64,000 nt of DNA, from contig OZ024761.1 in assembly GCA_964016885.1 (NCBI GenBank), positions 14,756,001 to 14,820,000 on the forward strand. The letters run 5' to 3'. A program made the translations under genes and the position numbers. The first letter of the stretch is position 1. Every line of letters starts with the position of its first letter. Positions 56,447-64,000 of the stretch are shown here, piece after piece. Under the pieces are notes generated by a model. It saw only the letters and a list, made by a program, of their open reading frames with translations. It did not search any database and had not been told where the DNA came from. This DNA comes from Eledone cirrhosa (taxonomy: Eukaryota).

Positions 56447-56997
56447 TGGATGAATACTTCAACAGGTACTATGTACTTGTAGAAATATGCAAGTTGTTTA
56501 TAATATTTGTGGTTCAATGGTACTAATTTCAGATACCAGAACAATATAAAAAGAGCGGAGCAAGCGGTTATCAAACAATTCTCTAAATAAATTAAAAAAA
56601 CGATTTAAATAATCACCTGTTCTATTGCTGTTACCGACGGTTTCACCATTCCAAAAATTGGAAATCCAGAGAATTTCCAATGGAAAGAAATGGATCTTCA
56701 GACAGCTTATTTCCATACTATAAGGTTGCCAGCCTTACAGCAAGTAAATATTTCGCTTCCTGCCCAACGCATGCGGTCAAGCCGTTAAAATGACACACAC
56801 GCAAAATCAGGTCGCAGATAATAGCTGTTTATTATAAACGTGTTGATATTGCCACTAAAATTAGCAGCATTATTCAACGTTTTGTTCTCTACATAAGGAG
56901 AAAAATTATAAAAGTGGATGAATACCTCAACAGGCACTAAGTACTTGTAGAAATATGCAAGGTGTTTATAATAGTTGTGGTTCGATGGTACTAATTT
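56441..56997 (-). mobile_element. Retrozyme-like / pLTR-like partial tandem (468-bp period) containing a hammerhead
   Basis: 89-bp direct repeats at 56441-56529 and 56909-56997 flank the ribozyme. Confidence 0.75.
56627..56706 (-). ncRNA. Intact type I hammerhead ribozyme, best example in the window
   Basis: gctgt CTGAAGA t ccatttc...ttggaaat-tctctgg-atttccaa...ggaatgg t GAAA CC GTC GG TA acagc. 5-bp Watson-Crick stem I, long stem II, 3-bp stem III, GUA site between 56632 and 56631. Confidence 0.88.
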
Positions 56998-57457
56998 ATC
57001 ATCATCATATATATATATATAAGGGTGTGAATTGGCAGTATCGGTAGAGGGTCGGACGCCATGCTTTCCAGCATAGTTACGTCCCTTTACGATCTGAGTT
57101 CAAATCCCGCCGAGGTTGACTTTGCCTTTCATCCTTACGGGATCGATAAAATAAAGTACCAGTAATGCACTGGGTAATTTGCTGGCCTTGTGCCTAACGT
57201 AGAAACAATCATATATATATATATTGATAAAAAAAACAGGAAGTTATATTCTTAGTAAGTAGAGCATTCAGCCCAAAGGATGAGTTTGGTATAGAGTAAG
57301 TGCCACAACAGATGAGCAAACCTTACTCATGGACACGTGTTTGACCAGAGAGATTTTCAATTTATGTAAGGCTGTAACTGCCACCATATACAGGTTGAAA
57401 ATTTGTTCTGTGGAACACCTGTCCTCGAGTATAATTTGCTAATTTATTGTGGACTAA

Positions 57458-57490
<33 letters not shown>

Positions 57491-57843
57491 TCTCTATATA
57501 TATATATAAATGGAACATATGAGTAAGGTTTTGTTATCTGACTTATCTAGCTTCATAACTGTGACAGCCTGTCTAAACTATGCAAGCATGAAAAAGTGGA
57601 CATAATAAAAACAATGATGGTGGTGACGATATATACATTATATATATATATGTATGTATGTATATATATATGTATATAAATATGTATGTATATATAAATA
57701 TGTATGTATATATAAATATATATATGTATACATGAATATATGTATGTATATATAAATATATGTATGTATGTATGTATATATAAATATATGTATGTATATA
57801 TATATAAATATGTATGTTTATATATATATGTATGTATATATAA

Positions 57844-57878
<35 letters not shown>

Positions 57879-57890
57879 AATATGTATGTT

Positions 57891-57921
<31 letters not shown>

Positions 57922-57948
57922 ATATAAATATGTATGTGTATATAAATA

Positions 57949-57979
<31 letters not shown>

Positions 57980-58030
57980 GTAGAAAAGATGAATATAAAA
58001 TGAAAGTGCTTTTAAAAAGGAATTTATTAG

Positions 58031-58150
58031 GTATTGACATATGTTTCTGTAACAGACGGAATACCTATGTATCGCTGCTTGCGTAATCATATAATGTTAG
58101 CAAGTATTCGATAGCAAATGTATAATGAGTTGTCACTTCTTCAGAGATAT
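58031..58150 (-). ncRNA. Hammerhead motif with 90-nt stem II region and weak stem I
   Basis: CTGAAGA a gtgaca...tgttac a GAAAC ATAT GTC. GUC triplet. Confidence 0.6.
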
Positions 58151-58302
58151 TGGATAGATTGGAAAAAATCAGAAAAATTGAAGTATTTATATTAGTTGTA
58201 AGAAAGGAAGAAGAGAGGGGATAGTATATGACAGATGGCAATTCAATTTACTGGTAAACAAGTATATAGAAGGTTTTTAATGAGAATATGTATATATAAA
58301 TG

Positions 58303-58355
<53 letters not shown>

Positions 58356-59717
58356 ATGTATATATAAATATATATGTGTATATATATATGTATATATAAA
58401 TATATATGTATATATGTGTATATATAAATATGTATGTTTATATATATATATGTATGTATAAATATATATGTGTATATATATATATGTATGTATAAATATA
58501 TATGTGTATATATATATGTATGTATATATAAATATATATGTATATATGTGTATATATAAATATGTATGTTTATATATATATATATGTATGTATATATAAA
58601 TATGTATGTTTATATATATATATATGTATGTATATATAAATATATATGTATATATAAATATATATATATCATCATCATCATTTTTATGTCCGCTTTTTCC
58701 CTGCTTGCAAGGGTGGGACGGGAACTGATTCTGGCTTGATTTCTACAGCTGGATGCCCTTCCTAACACCAACCTCATTTACAGTGAGTGATGGGTGCTTT
58801 TTTGCCGTGGCACCTCCACGACCACTTTACAGTGGAATGATAGGGACCCCAGTCCCTATCATTTCATTTCTACAGCTGAGTAAACTGGAGCAATGTGAAA
58901 TAAAGTGTCTTGCTCAAGGAAACAACACATCACCCGGTCTGAGAATTGAACTCACAACCTTTCGATTGCAAGGCTAATGCTCTAACCACTAAGCCATGTG
59001 CCTCCATGTGTATATGTATATAAATATGTATGTATATATATATATAGATACATACATATATAAACATGTTTTAAAGGTATATTCTCCTTTGTAATCATTC
59101 CACTTGTAACTGCTCTACTTATATTCTCGGCCACTAGATATTAACACTTCTAATATTTAGCCCCGTAGGCACAAGTATGGAGCACATATGCACAAGCCAT
59201 TGGCAACTAACTATATGTTTCACTTATCTCATCTTCTCTCTCTCGATACTTAAATATTCTATCATCATCATTATCATCATCATCGTTTAACGTCCATCTT
59301 CCACGCTTGCATGGGTTTGGACGGGAGTTTTCCCACTTGAGGCAAGAGTGGTTGTCTTGCTCGTATAGGACTGTCTGGCGGGTTTTCTACGGCTGGATGC
59401 CCTTCCTAACACCAACCACGTTACAGTGTGGACTGGGAGGTACCGTGTTACCTACCTACACGGCCACATTACTGCGTGGACTGTGTGTTTTTTTGTCGTG
59501 ACACCTACACGACCTCATTTATTTAGGACTGGATGTTGTGGTACCAACATAACTTTACATTGAAAGGGGTGGTGTAGATGGGGTGGGGGTAGTGGGACGG
59601 GGGTGTATTTTTGTTAGAGCTGTCTACTGACTGTAGTAGGTTTCACTTTGTACTTAGGTAAGGCGGGTCTTCTGTATTACTGTGTAGCGCCAAAGATCTC
59701 GGTCCAGTGACATTGTC

Positions 59718-59754
<37 letters not shown>

Positions 59755-60412
59755 GTATATATATCATCATTTTACGTCCGCTTTTCCCTGCTTGATAGAT
59801 ATTGATAAATAGATATATTTGTATGTGTATATATATATATATATATCATTCCACTGCAAAGTGGTCATGGAGGTGCCACGGCAAAAAAGCACCCAGCCCA
59901 CACTGTAAAGTGGTCATGGAGGTGCCACGGCAAAAAAGTACCCAGCACTCACTGTAAATGAGGTTGGTGTTAGGAAGGGCATCCAGCTGTAGAAATCAAG
60001 CCAGAATCAGTTCCCGTCCCACCCTTGCAAGCAGGGAAAAGCGGACGTAAAATGATGATGATGATGATATATATATATACATATATATATTGATAGATAT
60101 ATGTATATATATATCGATATATGTATATCTATATATAATTTTGATACACAAGGTGGGGGGGGGGAACCATATTTCCAGACTCTTTGGAACTAGCACTCGA
60201 AACGGCAAGAGCTCTGCTGTTGGGCCCCAACTCTTTCTAATATATAGATAGATATAAATATGTAGGACTTGTGGGTAAAGTGTGGCTAACTGAACTGTCT
60301 TGCCTCATATTGTGACAACTTATCTAACCCATGCAATCATGGAAAATAAACATAAAAGGATGATGGTGGTGATAGTGAGTATAACTAAGGGGCAGCCATT
60401 AAATCTATATCT

Positions 60413-60598
60413 GGCGGTGGATTGGCAGTATCAGTAGAGGGTCGGACGCCATGCTTTCCAGCATAGTTACGTCCCTTTACGATCTGAGTTCAAATCCCGC
60501 CAAGGTTGACTTTGCCTTTCATCCTTACGGGGTCGATAAAATAAAGTACCAGTAATGCACTGGGTAATTGCTGGCCTTGTGCCTAAAGTAGAAACAAT
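60413..60598 (+). mobile_element. Full family-1 SINE with 16-bp TSD
   Basis: attaaatctatatctg at 60398-60413 and 60597-60612. Confidence 0.93.
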
Positions 60599-62199
60599 TA
60601 AATCTATATCTGCTCTACAACTGAATGTGATCTGCGATCCTTGTGGTCTCACAATGCAACCTGCCTGGTGTTTGGCGATTTATATGATAAACACATTCAG
60701 TCTACTCTGAAAAAGTGTTTGGTGTTGAGAAGAGCATCCAGCCATAGAAAGCTTGCCAAACAAAGGGGTTGGGAGTACTTTTCAGTTGTGTCATAGACAT
60801 GACAACCTCCCTAGTGCTGGTGTAACAATAAAAGGCACTCGGTAGAGCACCAGATGTATGTAAGCAAGATTAGGGTCCCACCACACACCTGGGCCCACTG
60901 AAGCACTTCAATAGAATGCAGGAATGTTACCTACTTCAGCAGTGGCCTTAATCTTTTTGTTACCAACCTGGCCAAAACCAGCTCTGGTTCTATAAAATAA
61001 AGTCACCCATTTTAAAGGTTTCCTATTTAAATTAAAATCTTCCAACATATTTTATATAAGAACCTTACATAAAATTGCTATCTTAGTAATGAAATAATTA
61101 ATTATTTTAATAAATCCTTCGATATTTTTCATTAATTAATGAAAATAGAGTGTATTTCATTAGAAATGCAGTCATGAAAGGGTTAATCTGTTGCCTGGTT
61201 TAACACCACCACCTGGTCCTTCTATGCTTCTGACCAGGTCTTCGTTTTGAGGATATCTCCCTTTAAAATGCCACAGTGGCTAACTTGGGGGAGTGGGTGA
61301 CCCTAATCCGTTGCCCAGTTTAACACCACCATCTGACCATTGAGTGCTTTTAGCTGAGTCCACTCTATTGTGAGTATTCAGACCAGGTCAAGTCTCTGTT
61401 TTAAAGGATACCTTCCTCCTAATCCCTGTTGCCTACTCTGACAGTAGCCTTAATCTGTGACCTGGTTTAACTCCATCACTTGAACAGTTCACTCTGCTGT
61501 AAGCATTTGGATAAGGTTTCCAGTTTTAAGGGATACTGTCCTTTCACCCCCCCACCCCCCCCAAAAAAATTTAAGAGGCTTTAAAAAGGGTCAGTAGCAA
61601 TTCACGCAGCTGTACATACATAAATATTCATATATGGCAGAGGGCTTAGTGGTTAGAGCATTGGATTCACAATTGTGAGGTTGTGAGTTTGAGTCCTGGA
61701 CTGGGTGATGTGTGTTCTTGAGAAGACACGTTATTTCACATTGTTCCTGCCGAGGTTAACTTTGCCTTTCATCCTTACCGGGGTCGATAAAATAAAGTAC
61801 CAGTGGTGCACTGGGGTAATTGCTGGCCTTGTGCCAAAAGTAGAAACAGTTATTTCACATTGCTCCAATTCACTCTTCTGTGGAAATGAGTTGCGACATC
61901 ACTGGGGCCAAACTGTATTGGCCATTGCTTTTCCCTTGGACAGCAACATTGGTGTGGCAAGGGGAGACAGGTATGAATGGGTGATTGCTCGTCTTCCATA
62001 AAATACACCTTGCCCACACTTGTGGCTCAGAGGGGAACTTTCTAGTTGCAAGTCCCATCCATGGTCATTGATGATGGAAGGGGTTCTTTATTCTATTATA
62101 TACATATATACATCATCATCATCATCATCATCATCATTTTACGTCCGCTGCCCAATGCTCTAACCACTAAGCCATGTGCCTCCATATATATATAACATG

Positions 62200-62760
62200 A
62201 TAGAACCAATTTAAAACTAGTTAGACCTGGAGTAGTAGAGTATGGCTATATTATAAAGAGTCGGGACTCGACAGCTGAGCTCTTGCCATTTCAACAGCTA
62301 GTTCCAGACTCACACGCACACACACACATGCTGCTTCCCCTTTCTCTGTATCTCTCATTTTCTTTTTACCCCCTCTGCCAGCCACTCTCTCAGTTAGCCT
62401 CTTCCTCACCCTTTCACTCACTCACTCTCTGCTACTCCCTCTCCCTCACTTCCTCCCGTTTGACCTGTGTGAAATCCTTTTCTCGCTCACATTTCACCCA
62501 GACTGGATAGTCTTTATCTCTCGTCTACGATTTCACAGAACTTAAGTTCATCGATTTCAGTGACTTGACTCCTTCTTCCTCACTTTTCATTGCATTACTA
62601 TCTTTGTTTGTTTACATGTCTGGCTCGTTTCACCCTATTTTACGTGTCCCAACGACTTTCTTTAGCTGTTGCTCGCACCAACCAGAGGTATATGATCTTT
62701 AAAGCGATGAAATACCAATGAAGGCTGGAAGATCACTGATGAGGGATTAATTTTATTTAA
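62200..62760 (+). mobile_element. Long copy of family J (non-coding, (TA)n-flanked)
   Basis: Collinear with the reverse complement of 42725-43480. Confidence 0.75.
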
Positions 62761-64000
62761 ATATATATATATATATGGAGGCACATGGCTTAGTGGTTAG
62801 AACATTGGCCTTGCAATCGAAAGGTTGTGAGTTCAATCCTCAGACCGGGTGATGTGTTGTTTCCTTGAGCAAGACACTTTATTTCACATTGCTCCAGTTT
62901 ACTCAGCTGTAGAAATGAGATGATACGGACTGGGGTCCCTATCATTACACTGCAAAGTGGTCGTGGAGGTGCCACGGCAAAAAAGCACCCAGCACTCACT
63001 GTAAATGAGGTTGGTGTTAGGAAGGGCATCCAGCTGTAGAAATCAAGCCAGAATCAGTTCCCGTCCCACCCTTGCAAGCAGGGAAAAAGTGGACGTAAAA
63101 TGAAATGATGAAATGATGATGACATATATATATATATATATATAGACAATATGCCCCCACACCCCCCACCGCAAGGTGGTCGTGGAGGTGCCACGGCAAA
63201 AAAGCACCCAGCCCACACTGTAAAGTGGACGTGTAGGCGCCACGAAAAAGCACCCAGCACTCACTGTAAATGAGGTTGGTGTTAGGAAGGGCATCCAGCT
63301 GTAGAAATCAAGCCAAATCAGTTCCTGTATGAGCAAGGCATGGTCAGCCGACCAGACACTGCCCACAACAGGACAACCCGTCTAACCCATGCTAGCGTGG
63401 AAGAACGGACGTAAAACGGTGATGATGATGATGATATATATTCTCTTGGTTTGTTTCTTACAAATTTAGGCGACAAGGTGGAGAAATCAATAAATAGTTT
63501 TGATCAACTTTCGATAAGTATCTGTTTCTGCTTGGCTTCCATCATGGTTTATTTAGTGTGTGTATATGTGTCTGAAGGTGAGTGTATCTATATGTATGTG
63601 TCTATATATATATGTCTATATGTCTGGCACATGTTTGTGAAATACTCAGTCAGTCGTGTACACTATAATTGTTTCTACTTTTGGCACAAGGCTAGCAATT
63701 ATCCCAGTACATTACTGGTACAATATAATGGTTTCTTATATAGGCACAAGGTCAGAAATTTGGGGGAGGGGGAAGTCGATTAAATTGACCCTGTGCGTGA
63801 CTGGTACTTTATTTTATCGACCCTGTAAGGATGAAAGGCAAAGTTAACCTCGGCGGGATTTGAACTCAGATCATATTTGAACTCAGTAACTATGCTGCTA
63901 AGCATGGCGTCCAAACCTCTCCCAATATTGCCAATCTACCGCCTTTAGTCGTGTACAATATAATGCAAGATGAACTCTCGCTGTAATTCACACACTGTGC

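Noticed and set aside
57326-57430. Minus-strand hammerhead candidate (CTCGAGGA...CAAACACGTGTC)
   Set aside because: Both core halves are mutated, so it was not counted.
62736-62760. CTGATGA at the end of long family J copies (also 42742-42748)
   Set aside because: No downstream GAAA or stem III in either copy.

Overview
Repeat-dense eukaryotic genomic DNA, most likely from a coleoid cephalopod (octopod). That assignment rests on recalled SINE sequences and extreme (TA)n/(CA)n/(GA)n content, not on a database search. No intact host protein-coding gene is recognisable. Nearly all long ORFs in the track are translations of micro/minisatellites. The window holds dozens of tRNA-derived SINEs, fragments of several non-LTR clades (RTE, Ingi/Vingi-like, CRE-like, Tx1-like, R4/NeSL-like), a decayed Tc1/mariner transposase, TTAA-flanked piggyBac-type MITEs and non-autonomous Helitrons. 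The main signal is about 19 type I hammerhead-ribozyme motifs (CTGANGA...GAAA-palindrome-UH), some with a mutated core base, from several unrelated short element families. Almost all sit in (TA)n tracts. Many are arranged as fold-back (inverted) pairs, several have a greatly extended stem II (50-115 nt), and one lies in a 468-bp partial tandem unit. This points to a diverse population of non-coding Penelope-like/retrozyme-like ribozyme elements. All structures were paired by eye and nothing was computed or searched.
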